Shown: in pieces, positions 36,491 to 45,477 of the stretch | Numbering within the stretch: position 1 is the first letter of the stretch | Layout: the number at the start of each line of letters is the position of its first letter | DNA from: Candidatus Fervidifonticultor sextus | Lineage (GTDB): Bacteria; Sysuimicrobiota; Sysuimicrobiia; Sysuimicrobiales; Humicultoraceae | DNA length: 63,703 nucleotides | Direction: 5' to 3' | NCBI GenBank assembly: GCA_031459875.1 | Contig: JAVKHQ010000013.1 | Location: 1 to 63,703, forward strand | The notes under the pieces: generated by a model | The model's database searches: none | What the model was told of the DNA's origin: nothing | The model's input: the letters and a program-made list of their open reading frames with translations, nothing else | Position numbers and translations under genes: made by a program

Positions 36491-37627
36491 ATGGCGAACC
36501 GGGCGGTCGAGGTCAGGCGCAGGTCCCGGGGGGCGTCGTCGGAGGCCCCGCGGGCCGAACTGCGGACGCCGGCGCAGCTGGCCTGGCGGCAACTGCGCAA
36601 GCACCCTATGGCGCTGGCCGGCGGTGCCGTGCTCGTCGTGCTGTATCTGCTGGTGGTCTTCGCCGAGTTCCTGGCGCCGTACTCCCTGGACTTCGCCGAC
36701 CGCGAGCGGTTCTTCCACCCGCCGATCCTGCCGCGGTTCGCCGACAGCCAGGGAGTCAGCCTGCGGCCGTTCGTGCACGGGACGACGCTGGCCGACCCCG
36801 GCCTGCGGCGGTACGAGGCCGACCCGACCCGGCGCTACTACCTCCGGTTCTTCGTCCGGGGCGAGCCCTACCGGCTCTTCGGACTCTTCCCCTCAGACGT
36901 GCACCTGTTTGGCGTGGATCCCCCGGGCCGGATCTTCCTGCTGGGCACCGACCAGTCGGGCCGCGACCAGTTCAGCCGGATCCTGTACGGCTCGCGGATC
37001 TCGATGACCATCGGCCTCTATGCCTCGGCGGTCACCATCCCCATCGGGCTGCTCTACGGCGGCATCTCCGGCTACTACGGGGGGCGGATCGACAACGTGA
37101 TGATGCGCCTGGCCGAGTTCGTCATCTCCATCCCCGACTTCTACCTGCTGCTCACCCTCAGCGCCGTGCTGCCCACGCAGGTGGGGTGTACGACGCGCTT
37201 CTACCTGATCATCCTCATCCTCTCCTTCATCGGGTGGGCGGGATTCTCGCGGATCATCCGGGGGATCGTCCTGTCGCTCAAGGAGCAGGAATACGTGCTG
37301 GCGGCCAAGGCGGCCGGCTTGGGCGACCTGCGCATCATCGCCCGGCACATCCTGCCGCAGACCGCGTCCTTCGTCATCGTGGTGGTGACGCTGGGCATCC
37401 CGGGAGCCATCCTGGGGGAGTCGGCCCTGTCCTTCATCGGTTTCGGGATCCGGGAGCCCTGCTCGTCCTGGGGCAACCTGCTCACCCAGGCCTCGAACCT
37501 CCCCACCCTGATCCTGTCGCCGTGGCTGCTCTTCCCCGGCCTGTTCATCATTGCCGCGGTAGTGGCGTTCAACGTGTTCGGGGACGGACTCCGGGACGCC
37601 CTTGATCCTCGGGTGCGGGCGGGGTAG
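36491..37627 (+). CDS. OppC/DppC-type permease
   Basis: LGTDQSGRD, EYVLAAKAAG, RHILP, GDGLRDALDP. Confidence 0.93.
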   Translation: MANRAVEVRRRSRGASSEAPRAELRTPAQLAWRQLRKHPMALAGGAVLVVLYLLVVFAEFLAPYSLDFADRERFFHPPILPRFADSQGVSLRPFVHGTTLADPGLRRYEADPTRRYYLRFFVRGEPYRLFGLFPSDVHLFGVDPPGRIFLLGTDQSGRDQFSRILYGSRISMTIGLYASAVTIPIGLLYGGISGYYGGRIDNVMMRLAEFVISIPDFYLLLTLSAVLPTQVGCTTRFYLIILILSFIGWAGFSRIIRGIVLSLKEQEYVLAAKAAGLGDLRIIARHILPQTASFVIVVVTLGIPGAILGESALSFIGFGIREPCSSWGNLLTQASNLPTLILSPWLLFPGLFIIAAVVAFNVFGDGLRDALDPRVRAG

Positions 37628-37795
37628 GAGGAGCCCGCGGGGCGGTCGGCGCCCGCACAGGCCGGGGGGTAGATTGGTGGAGGGATTTGAGCAATGATGG
37701 GAGAGGAGGAGGAGGTGGGTGTTGGCGCTCTGGCAAGGAGCCGGGGCAGTCACATCGCGGCGGGGCGAACGCGCCCGTGACCGAAGGGAGGACTG

Positions 37796-39556
37796 ATGAT
37801 GACGAGGTTGAGGAAGCTCCTGGCGCTGGCGGCGGTGATCCTGCTGGCCGGGCTCACCGGCGCAGCCCAGGGGCAGGTGAAGAACCCGGACACGCTCATC
37901 TACGTGACCTTCGCCGACCCCGAGACGATGGACCCGGCCTACGCCTACGATACGGCCAGTTCGACCATCATCCTGTGGCACATCTACGAGACCCTGGTCT
38001 TCTTCAGCGGGTCGTCCACAGGCACGTTCGTGCCCATGCTGGCCACCGAAGTGCCCACGGTGGCCAACGGGGGGATCTCCCCCGACGGCAAGACCTACAC
38101 CTTCAAGATCCGCGACGGCGTCAAGTTCCACGACGGCTCGCCGCTGACCGCCGAAGACGTGAAGTACTCGCTGCTGCGCTTCATGTTCATGGACCGCGAC
38201 GGCGGGCCCTCCGAACTGTTGCTGGCGGCCATCCTGGACACCCACGGCACGCGGGACGAGCGGGGGGCCCTCAAGCCCGGCCTGTTCGCCGAGGCCGACC
38301 GGGCCATCCAGGTCAGCGGGAACACGGTGCGCATCACCCTCAAGAAGCCGTTTGCGCCCTTCATGTCCATCATGGCCATGTGGTCGATGACCGTCAGCAA
38401 GAAGTGGGCCATCGCCCAGGGCGACTGGAACGGCACGGCCGCCGGTCTCAGCCGCCTGAACAACCCCAAGAAGCCCGAGGACACCACGATGTTCAACAAG
38501 GCCAACGGCACCGGCCCCTTCAAATTCGTCCAGTGGGACCGGGCGGCCCGCCAGGTGATCCTGGAACGCCATGACACCTACTGGCGCCAGCCGGCGGCGC
38601 TGCGGCGGGTCATCGTCCGGGTCGTCGAGGACTTCGGCGCCCGACGGCTGATGCTCCAGCAGGGCGACGCCGACATCGTCGTGGTCAGCCGGCCCGAGCA
38701 GAGCGGGGTCGAGGGCCTGCCCGGCGTGCGGGTCATCGATGACATCTCGCGCCTGATCACCGACGGGATCTTCATGAACATGAACATCAATGTGGCCGGC
38801 GGGAACCCCGATGTGGGCAGCGGCCGGCTGGACGGTGCCGGAATCCCGCCCGACTTCTTCGCCGACATCAACGTGCGCCGCGGGATCGCCTATGCTTTCG
38901 ACTACAACACGATGATCCGTGACTGCTGGCGCGGCAAGGCGTCGGTGGGGAACGGCCCGATCCCCAAGGGCATGTTCGGCCACCCGTCCGGGGGCAAGTG
39001 GTACGCCTACGACCCGGCCCGGGCGGCGGCGGCCTTCCGCGAGGCCCACGGCGGACGGGTCTGGACCACGGGCTTCCGGTTCGGTGTCCTGTGGAACACC
39101 GGCAACGCCACCCGGGCGTGCATCGCCTCGGTCCTCAAAGCCAACATCGAGGCCATCAACCCCAGGTTCCGGGTGGATATCCGCAGCATCACGTTCCCGA
39201 CGCTGCTGCAGCAGTACCGCGAGAGCCGCCTGCCCATGTGGATCCTGGGATGGGCGGCCGACTTTCCCGACCCGGACAACTTCGTGACCCCGTTCATGCA
39301 CAGCGAGGGGACCTACGCCAAGGCCCAGGGGTACAGGAACCCTGAGGTCGACCAGTTGATCCTGCAGGCCCGCTTTGAGACCGACCCGGCCAAGCGCCGG
39401 GCGATGTACGCGAAGCTCCACGAGATCGCGTACAACGACGTGCCCATCCTGTACTCCTACCGGGTGGACTTCCAGGTCATGCGGAGCTGGGTGCGGGGCT
39501 GGTACTACAACCCGGCGTTCTTCGGGCCGTACTTCTACCCGATGTCAAAGCAGTAG
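37796..39556 (+). CDS. Family-5 ABC substrate-binding protein 2
   Basis: Signal peptide, DPETMDPA, IRDGVKFHDG.PLTAEDV.YS, GTGPF, GWAADFPDP. Confidence 0.92.
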   Translation: MMTRLRKLLALAAVILLAGLTGAAQGQVKNPDTLIYVTFADPETMDPAYAYDTASSTIILWHIYETLVFFSGSSTGTFVPMLATEVPTVANGGISPDGKTYTFKIRDGVKFHDGSPLTAEDVKYSLLRFMFMDRDGGPSELLLAAILDTHGTRDERGALKPGLFAEADRAIQVSGNTVRITLKKPFAPFMSIMAMWSMTVSKKWAIAQGDWNGTAAGLSRLNNPKKPEDTTMFNKANGTGPFKFVQWDRAARQVILERHDTYWRQPAALRRVIVRVVEDFGARRLMLQQGDADIVVVSRPEQSGVEGLPGVRVIDDISRLITDGIFMNMNINVAGGNPDVGSGRLDGAGIPPDFFADINVRRGIAYAFDYNTMIRDCWRGKASVGNGPIPKGMFGHPSGGKWYAYDPARAAAAFREAHGGRVWTTGFRFGVLWNTGNATRACIASVLKANIEAINPRFRVDIRSITFPTLLQQYRESRLPMWILGWAADFPDPDNFVTPFMHSEGTYAKAQGYRNPEVDQLILQARFETDPAKRRAMYAKLHEIAYNDVPILYSYRVDFQVMRSWVRGWYYNPAFFGPYFYPMSKQ

Positions 39557-39568
39557 GCAGCGGGAGAA

Positions 39569-39601
39569 GGGGGCGGCCGGGGCGGAGCCCCGGCCGCCCC
39601 C
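39569..39601 (+). promoter_or_regulatory. Strong intercistronic hairpin after SBP2 (mRNA stability / partial terminator)
   Basis: Perfect stem GGGGGCGGCCGGGGC-GGA-GCCCCGGCCGCCCCC with no U-tract. Confidence 0.7.
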
Positions 39602-39614
39602 GCGGGCTCGCAGC

Positions 39615-40646
39615 GTGGCCGGCTACATCGCCCGACGGTTGGTCCTGCTCCCGGTGGTGGCCTTCGGGGTGACGGTGCTGATCTTCGCGCTGTTGCAGTT
39701 CCTCGATCCCGCCATCCGGGCTGGCGCCTTCATCACGAACCCCAACCAGCTCAAGGCCATCGACGCCATCATCCGCAAGTACGGGCTGGACCAGCCCGTC
39801 TACGTGCAGTACTGGACCTGGCTGCGGGAGGTGTTCACCGGTAACCTCGGATGGTCCCAGGCCGCCCGGATGCCGGTGGGTGAGGCCATCCTCCGGTTCT
39901 TCCCCCCGACGCTGGAACTCACGCTCTTTGCCTTCGTCCCCATCATGCTCATGGGGGTCTGGATGGGCACCGCCGCCGCCGTGCACCGCGACCGGCTGAT
40001 CGACCACGTGACGCGGGTGTTCTCGATCTCCTTCCGCTCGCTCCCGAGTTTCGTGTGGGGCCTGCTGGTCTTGATGGTCACCTACGGCCGGCTCAACTGG
40101 TTCCCGCCCGGCCGACTCTCGCTGGAGGCCGACCTGTTCGTCCGGAACCCGGAGCACCGGTTCGTGGCGTACACCGGCCTGATGACGGTGGACGCGCTGC
40201 TCAACGGGCAGCTGTGGATCTTCGTGGATGCGATCCGGCACCTGGCGGGCCCCGCGCTCACCCTGACCATGGTGTCCATCGCGCTGCTGGTGCGCGTGAT
40301 GCGGTCGTCCATGCTGGAGGTGCTCAACCAGGACTACGTGCGGACCGCGCGGTCCAAGGGCGTGGCCGAGCCGGTGGTCATCACCCGGCACGCGCGCAAG
40401 AACGCCCTGATCCCGGTCATCACCCTCTCCAGCCTGACCATCGTGGGGCTGCTCGGGGGGGTGGTGATCACGGAGACCATCTTCAACTTCCCGGGCATCG
40501 GGCGGTGGGGCGCGTTTGCCGCCCAGCAGCTGGACATCCCGGGGGTGACGGGGTTCACGATGTTCGTGGCGGCCATCACGGTGCTCGGCAACCTGCTGGC
40601 CGACGTCCTCTACGCCTACTTCGACCCGAGGATCCGGCTGCAGTAG
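39615..40646 (+). CDS. OppB/DppB-type permease
   Basis: GYIARRL, YGLDQPVYVQY, DYVRTARSKG, DPRIR; GTG start. Confidence 0.92.
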   Translation: MAGYIARRLVLLPVVAFGVTVLIFALLQFLDPAIRAGAFITNPNQLKAIDAIIRKYGLDQPVYVQYWTWLREVFTGNLGWSQAARMPVGEAILRFFPPTLELTLFAFVPIMLMGVWMGTAAAVHRDRLIDHVTRVFSISFRSLPSFVWGLLVLMVTYGRLNWFPPGRLSLEADLFVRNPEHRFVAYTGLMTVDALLNGQLWIFVDAIRHLAGPALTLTMVSIALLVRVMRSSMLEVLNQDYVRTARSKGVAEPVVITRHARKNALIPVITLSSLTIVGLLGGVVITETIFNFPGIGRWGAFAAQQLDIPGVTGFTMFVAAITVLGNLLADVLYAYFDPRIRLQ

Positions 40647-40648
40647 CC

Positions 40649-41725
40649 ATGGGGCTGGTCACGCTGGCATCCCGAGGGATACAGGTCCACCGCAGCCGGC
40701 TCGGCGGCGCCGCCGGTGCGGCTGCCGCCGTCGCCGTGGCGGCGCTGGCCCTGCCGGTGGTCCGTGAGCGGATCCTGCGCTTCCCGTTGGATTTCGCCGC
40801 GTTTCTGCTCTTCGTCCTCATCCTGGTCGCCTTCTGGACGATCCCCTCCGACTTCACCCGGCGGATGCGGAAGAACCCCCTCTCGGTGATCGGGTTCTCG
40901 CTGATCGCCTTCTTTGTGGCCGTGGCGCTGCTGGCGCCCGTCCTGGCGCCCCCTCCGCCCACGTCGCGGGACGCCTACCTGATCCCCCAGAGGGGCTTCG
41001 CCGCCGACCCGCAGCCGCCGAGGCCAGGGCACCCGTTCGGGACGACGGAGGGGCAGTACGACCTCTACTACGGGATCGTCTGGGGCACGCGGACGGCCTT
41101 CCGCGTCTCCATCCTCGTGATCGCCATCGCCGTCGCGATCGGTCTGCTCTTGGGCGGTCTGTCGGGCTATTACGGCGGCAAGGTCGACGAGGCCATCATG
41201 CGCCTCACCGATATCTTCCTGGCATTCCCCGGGCTGGTCCTGGCGGTGACGGTGGTGGCCGTATTGGGTCGTAGCCTGACCAACATCATGATCGCCATCG
41301 CGGTGGTCCACTGGCCGATCTACGCCCGGCTCCTGCGCGGGGACATCCTCTCGGTGCGCGGCCGCGACTACGTCGAGGCCGCCCGGGCGGCGGGGGCGGG
41401 CGATCTCCGGATCATCACCCGCCACGTCATCCCCAATGCCATCTATCCCTTCATGGTCCTGAGTTCGCTCGATATGGGGTTGATCGTGATCACGGCCGCC
41501 GCGCTTAGCTTCCTCGGGCTGGGGCCCGACGTCGGCTACGCCGACTGGGGGACGCTGATCAACCTGTCGCGCAACTGGATCCTGGGCCGGCCCGGCGAGC
41601 CCTTCGCGTTCTGGTACGTCCTGGTCTACCCGGGCACGGCCATCTTCCTGTTCGTCCTGGGCTGGAACCTGCTGGGCGACGCCTTCCGGGACATCCTCGA
41701 CCCGCGCCTGCGCGGCTCCGCCTAG
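40649..41725 (+). CDS. OppC/DppC-type permease with extra N-terminal hydrophobic segments
   Basis: HPFGT, DYVEAARAAG, RHVIPN, GDAFRDILDP. Confidence 0.92.
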   Translation: MGLVTLASRGIQVHRSRLGGAAGAAAAVAVAALALPVVRERILRFPLDFAAFLLFVLILVAFWTIPSDFTRRMRKNPLSVIGFSLIAFFVAVALLAPVLAPPPPTSRDAYLIPQRGFAADPQPPRPGHPFGTTEGQYDLYYGIVWGTRTAFRVSILVIAIAVAIGLLLGGLSGYYGGKVDEAIMRLTDIFLAFPGLVLAVTVVAVLGRSLTNIMIAIAVVHWPIYARLLRGDILSVRGRDYVEAARAAGAGDLRIITRHVIPNAIYPFMVLSSLDMGLIVITAAALSFLGLGPDVGYADWGTLINLSRNWILGRPGEPFAFWYVLVYPGTAIFLFVLGWNLLGDAFRDILDPRLRGSA

Positions 41726-41732
41726 GCATCCG

Positions 41733-43307
41733 GTGCGGGCCCCGCCGCGACAGGCTCCGACGTTGCCGCCCGCAGCGGCCATGCGGCCTGCCAGCGCGCG
41801 GCTGCTCTGGCTTCTCGCTGGCATGACGCTGGTCCGAGGGGCCCTGGCGGCATCCATCCCCCTGTTCCACGACGAAGCCTACTACTGGCTGTGGGCCCGC
41901 CGCCTGGACTGGGGCTACCTCGACCACCCGCCCATGATCGCCTACCTGGTCCGCCTGGGCACCCTCGGCGGGAACGGCCCGCTGTGGATCCGCGCACCGG
42001 CGCTCGTGATCGGCGCGGTCGAGGCCTACGCGCTCTTCCTGCTGGGGCGCGACCTCTTCGATGAGCCGACGGGGTTCCGGGCCGCGCTGCTGGCCCAGAT
42101 CGTCCCGATCCTCGGCGCCATCGGCATCTTCGCCGCGCCCGACACCCCGATGTACCTGGCCTGGACCGTGACGCTGCGCCTGGCCTGGCAGGCAGTCCAC
42201 GGCCGGCCCCGGCGGTGGCTCGGCGCCGGGCTGGCCGTGGGAGGGGGGCTGCTGAGCAAACTGTACATGGGCTTCCTCGGTATCGGGCTGGCGGCATACC
42301 TGATGCGCTCGGGGAACTCCTGGTTCCGCCGGCGCGAACCCTACCTGGCCGCGCTGGTGGCACTCGTGGTGGTGCTGCCGGTGATCTACTGGAACGCCGC
42401 CCACGGGTGGGCCACGGTGCGCTTCCTCCTGTTCGAACGGTCCGAGCCGGGGGCGGAGCCGGGCCGCGATCCGATCCTGGTGCGCCTCCTGGGCCAGCAC
42501 GCGGCGCTGGTCGGGGTGCTCTTCCCCGCGTTCCTCTGGGCGGGCTGGACGGCCTGGCGGCGGCGGGGAGACGAGCGGTTCGCCTTCCTCCTGCTGACCT
42601 CGCTTCCGGCGGCGGTCTTCCCCGTGCTCGTGGCGCCGCTGGGCGCAGCGCGGGGCCACCTCCTGGGGCCGGCCTACATCGGGCTCGCGGTGGTCCTGGC
42701 GGCCCTCTGGAACCGGGCGGTGACGGGCCTGGCCGTCGGCCAGATCGGACTCCTGGCAGCGCTCGTCGCCCAGATCCTGATCCCGGCCCTCCCGCCACCC
42801 CCGGGTTCACGCGAGTACTACGGGTGGCGGGAGGCGGGGGATCGGGTCCGCCAGGAGGTCGTCCAAGCGGGGGGCAGGGCCGTGATCGTCGCCCACCGAT
42901 ACCAGGTCGCCGCCCAGCTCGCCTACCACACGGGCGGCCGCATCCCCGTCCTGCTCCTCCCCCGGCCTCCGGTCGGGGCCATCTGGCCCGACCCCCGGGC
43001 TTTCGCCGGGTCGACGGCCGTGGCGGTGACCTACGCGCCTGAGCGGTTTCAGTTCGAACACTGCTTCCGGAGGGTTGAGGAGCGGACCCCGATCAAGGTT
43101 ACGCTTAGGGGCCGGCCGATCCAGGAGTTCAGGATTTTTCGACTGAGCGGTCTCTCCCAGGCCTGCCAGCCTCGAACGGGCTCCCGGCAGGAACAGGAAA
43201 TTGTGGTATCGCGTAGTATCTTCTCGGGTACTTACGTATACAGGTGGTGGGTCGCATGCGCCGCAGATCGGACGGCTCCAGGACCACGGCAACCGGCCAG
43301 GTCATGA
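41733..43307 (+). CDS. Glycosyltransferase family 39 (ArnT/PMT-like)
   Basis: DEAYYWLWAR.LDWGY.DHPPM, PDTP, LLSKL, PVIYWN..HGW; start may be ATG 41781; C-terminal tail looks like read-through. Confidence 0.85.
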   Translation: MRAPPRQAPTLPPAAAMRPASARLLWLLAGMTLVRGALAASIPLFHDEAYYWLWARRLDWGYLDHPPMIAYLVRLGTLGGNGPLWIRAPALVIGAVEAYALFLLGRDLFDEPTGFRAALLAQIVPILGAIGIFAAPDTPMYLAWTVTLRLAWQAVHGRPRRWLGAGLAVGGGLLSKLYMGFLGIGLAAYLMRSGNSWFRRREPYLAALVALVVVLPVIYWNAAHGWATVRFLLFERSEPGAEPGRDPILVRLLGQHAALVGVLFPAFLWAGWTAWRRRGDERFAFLLLTSLPAAVFPVLVAPLGAARGHLLGPAYIGLAVVLAALWNRAVTGLAVGQIGLLAALVAQILIPALPPPPGSREYYGWREAGDRVRQEVVQAGGRAVIVAHRYQVAAQLAYHTGGRIPVLLLPRPPVGAIWPDPRAFAGSTAVAVTYAPERFQFEHCFRRVEERTPIKVTLRGRPIQEFRIFRLSGLSQACQPRTGSRQEQEIVVSRSIFSGTYVYRWWVACAADRTAPGPRQPARS

Positions 43308-43666
43308 CCCCGGAGCAGGTCGCCGACTACCTCCAGGTCAACCGCCTCACGGTGTACCGGTATATCCGGGAAGGCAGGATCCCGGCTTCCAAGATCGGCA
43401 AGCTGTACCGCATCATGAGGGCCGACGTCGACCGGTTCCTGGAAGCGCAAAAAATCGCAGCGAAGGGCGCTCGGCTCCGGAAAGAAGTGCCCGGCGCCGC
43501 CGCCCCCGGTCCGCCGCGACCCGCGGCCCCCCACCCCCGTCAGCCCCAGGACCTCCGGGAGGTCTACGTGGGTCCCACCTGGCGGGAGCGGTTGATCGAC
43601 CGCAGCCAGGCCGCCTGGGTCCGGATCGGCTTCCCGCTGGACTGGGTGATGCGGGGACTCAACTGA
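43304..43666 (+). CDS. Excisionase-family (HTH_17, MerR-like) DNA-binding protein
   Basis: MTPEQVADYLQVNRLTVYRYIREGRIPASKIGKLYRI..ADVDRFL; start may be 43244/43257-region. Confidence 0.85.
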   Translation: MTPEQVADYLQVNRLTVYRYIREGRIPASKIGKLYRIMRADVDRFLEAQKIAAKGARLRKEVPGAAAPGPPRPAAPHPRQPQDLREVYVGPTWRERLIDRSQAAWVRIGFPLDWVMRGLN

Positions 43667-43761
43667 TAAGTGATAAGGGCCCGCGGAGGAGGTGGGGCAG
43701 GGAGAAAGCGCCCACCGCCATAAGTCTGGAAGAACGATCACTCAAGAGCGGGAGGAAACGT

Positions 43762-45417
43762 ATGAGGATTCTTCTCCGGCCACTAGTGACAGGATTCGTC
43801 GCCGTGCTGGCGCTGAGCCTCAGCCTTCCGTCGGCGGCGCAGCAGCGGCGAGACACCGTCGTCATCGGGATGGCTCAGGAGCCGGACTGCCTGATCATGG
43901 CCTTCTGCCAGATGGCGGCCGGGGCCGCCGTGGCCAACAACTCCGTGTTCAAGGGCATGGTGGAGTACAACGACAAATGGCAACTCTACCCGATCACGGT
44001 GGAGAAGATTCCCACCCTCAAGGACGGCGACTGGCAACTGCTGCCCGGCGGCAAGATGAAGGTCACCTGGAAATTCCGGCGTGGCTTCACCTGGCACGAC
44101 GGCAGGCCCTACACGGCGCTGGATGCCTCCTGGACGAACCTGATGCTGCGAAACCCCCGCAGCCCCACGCTGAGCCGGACCATCATCAACAAGATCGACA
44201 ACATGCTCGTGCCGGATCCGGCCCAGCCCTACACGCTCATCGTCCAGTGGAACGAGCGCTATCCGTTCGCCAACACCGGCCACACCGTCTACCCCCGCCA
44301 CGTGCTGGAGCGGGAGTATCTGCGCGATCCGTCCGGGCTCAAGGCGCACCGACAGGCCCGCTTCCCCATCGGGAACGGCCCGTACAGGTTCGTCGAGTGG
44401 GTCCCCGGCAGCCACATCACCCTGGAGGCCTACGACAAGTACCCCGACGGGGTGGCCAAGATCCGCCGGCAGGTGTGGCGGTTCATCCTGGATTCCACCG
44501 TGTTGCAGGCCAACGTGATCGCCAACCAGGTCGACGCCACCGAGATCAACAACTTCTCCATCGAGCAGATGCTCGAGATCGAGCGGCGGAATCCCCAGCA
44601 GGCAGCCCACTACACGCCGGCGTTGATCTGGGAGCATATCGACCTCAACCTCGACAACGAGTGGTTGAGGGACAAGCGGGTCCGCCAGGCGATCGCGCAC
44701 GCCATCAACCGGGAGGAGATGAGCCAGAAACTGTTTTACGGCAAGCAGCCCGTGGCGCACACGTGGCTGCCGGAGCGCCATGAGGGCTTCAACCCCAACG
44801 TCAAGAAGTACGCCTACGATCCGGCGCGGGCGCGGGCGCTGCTCGCCGAGGCCGGGTTTACCATGGGGCCTGATGGCGTCCTGCGCGATGCCCGCGGCCG
44901 GCGGGTCGAGATGACCATCATGACCACGGCGGGCAACGCGGTGCGCGAACAGGTGCAGCAGATCATGAAGGAGCAGCTGCGGGCGGTGGGCATCGACCTG
45001 CGGATCGACAACCGCCCGGCCGGGGTGCTCTTCGGACAGGTCACCCGCCGCCGGGAGTTCCCCCACATGGTCATGTACGCCTGGGTGATGAGCCCGCTGA
45101 CGCTGCCGCACGCCTTCTGGCACTCCAACCAGATCCCCGCGGCGGCCAACAACTGGGAGGGCTCGAACTATCCCGGGTGGCGCAACGCGGAGAACGACAA
45201 GCTCTGCGACGAGGCGCTGCAGGAGATCGACACCGCCAAGCGCGTGGCCCTCCTCAAGCGGCAGCAGGAGCTGTGGGCCGAGGACCTGCCCGCCATCCCG
45301 CTGTACTTCCGGCTGAGCCTGACCACGTCGCACAAGAGGCTGGCCAATGTGAAGCCGGCGGGGCTCTCGGGCACCTACATCAACTGGAACTCCCAGGAGT
45401 GGACCTGGGTACAGTAG
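43762..45417 (+). CDS. Family-5 ABC substrate-binding protein 3
   Basis: GGGAGG RBS, signal peptide, WHDGRP.TA.D, GNGPY, DKRVRQAIAHAI. Confidence 0.92.
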   Translation: MRILLRPLVTGFVAVLALSLSLPSAAQQRRDTVVIGMAQEPDCLIMAFCQMAAGAAVANNSVFKGMVEYNDKWQLYPITVEKIPTLKDGDWQLLPGGKMKVTWKFRRGFTWHDGRPYTALDASWTNLMLRNPRSPTLSRTIINKIDNMLVPDPAQPYTLIVQWNERYPFANTGHTVYPRHVLEREYLRDPSGLKAHRQARFPIGNGPYRFVEWVPGSHITLEAYDKYPDGVAKIRRQVWRFILDSTVLQANVIANQVDATEINNFSIEQMLEIERRNPQQAAHYTPALIWEHIDLNLDNEWLRDKRVRQAIAHAINREEMSQKLFYGKQPVAHTWLPERHEGFNPNVKKYAYDPARARALLAEAGFTMGPDGVLRDARGRRVEMTIMTTAGNAVREQVQQIMKEQLRAVGIDLRIDNRPAGVLFGQVTRRREFPHMVMYAWVMSPLTLPHAFWHSNQIPAAANNWEGSNYPGWRNAENDKLCDEALQEIDTAKRVALLKRQQELWAEDLPAIPLYFRLSLTTSHKRLANVKPAGLSGTYINWNSQEWTWVQ

Positions 45418-45477
45418 GCGAGGGGACGGAGGTCCGGGTGAGGGTGGGGCCGTCGTCCCCACCCCGGGGAGAGGGCG

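Noticed and set aside
43304..43666. Prophage or integrative element suggested by the excisionase-like gene
   Set aside because: No integrase, att/tRNA site or phage genes in the window
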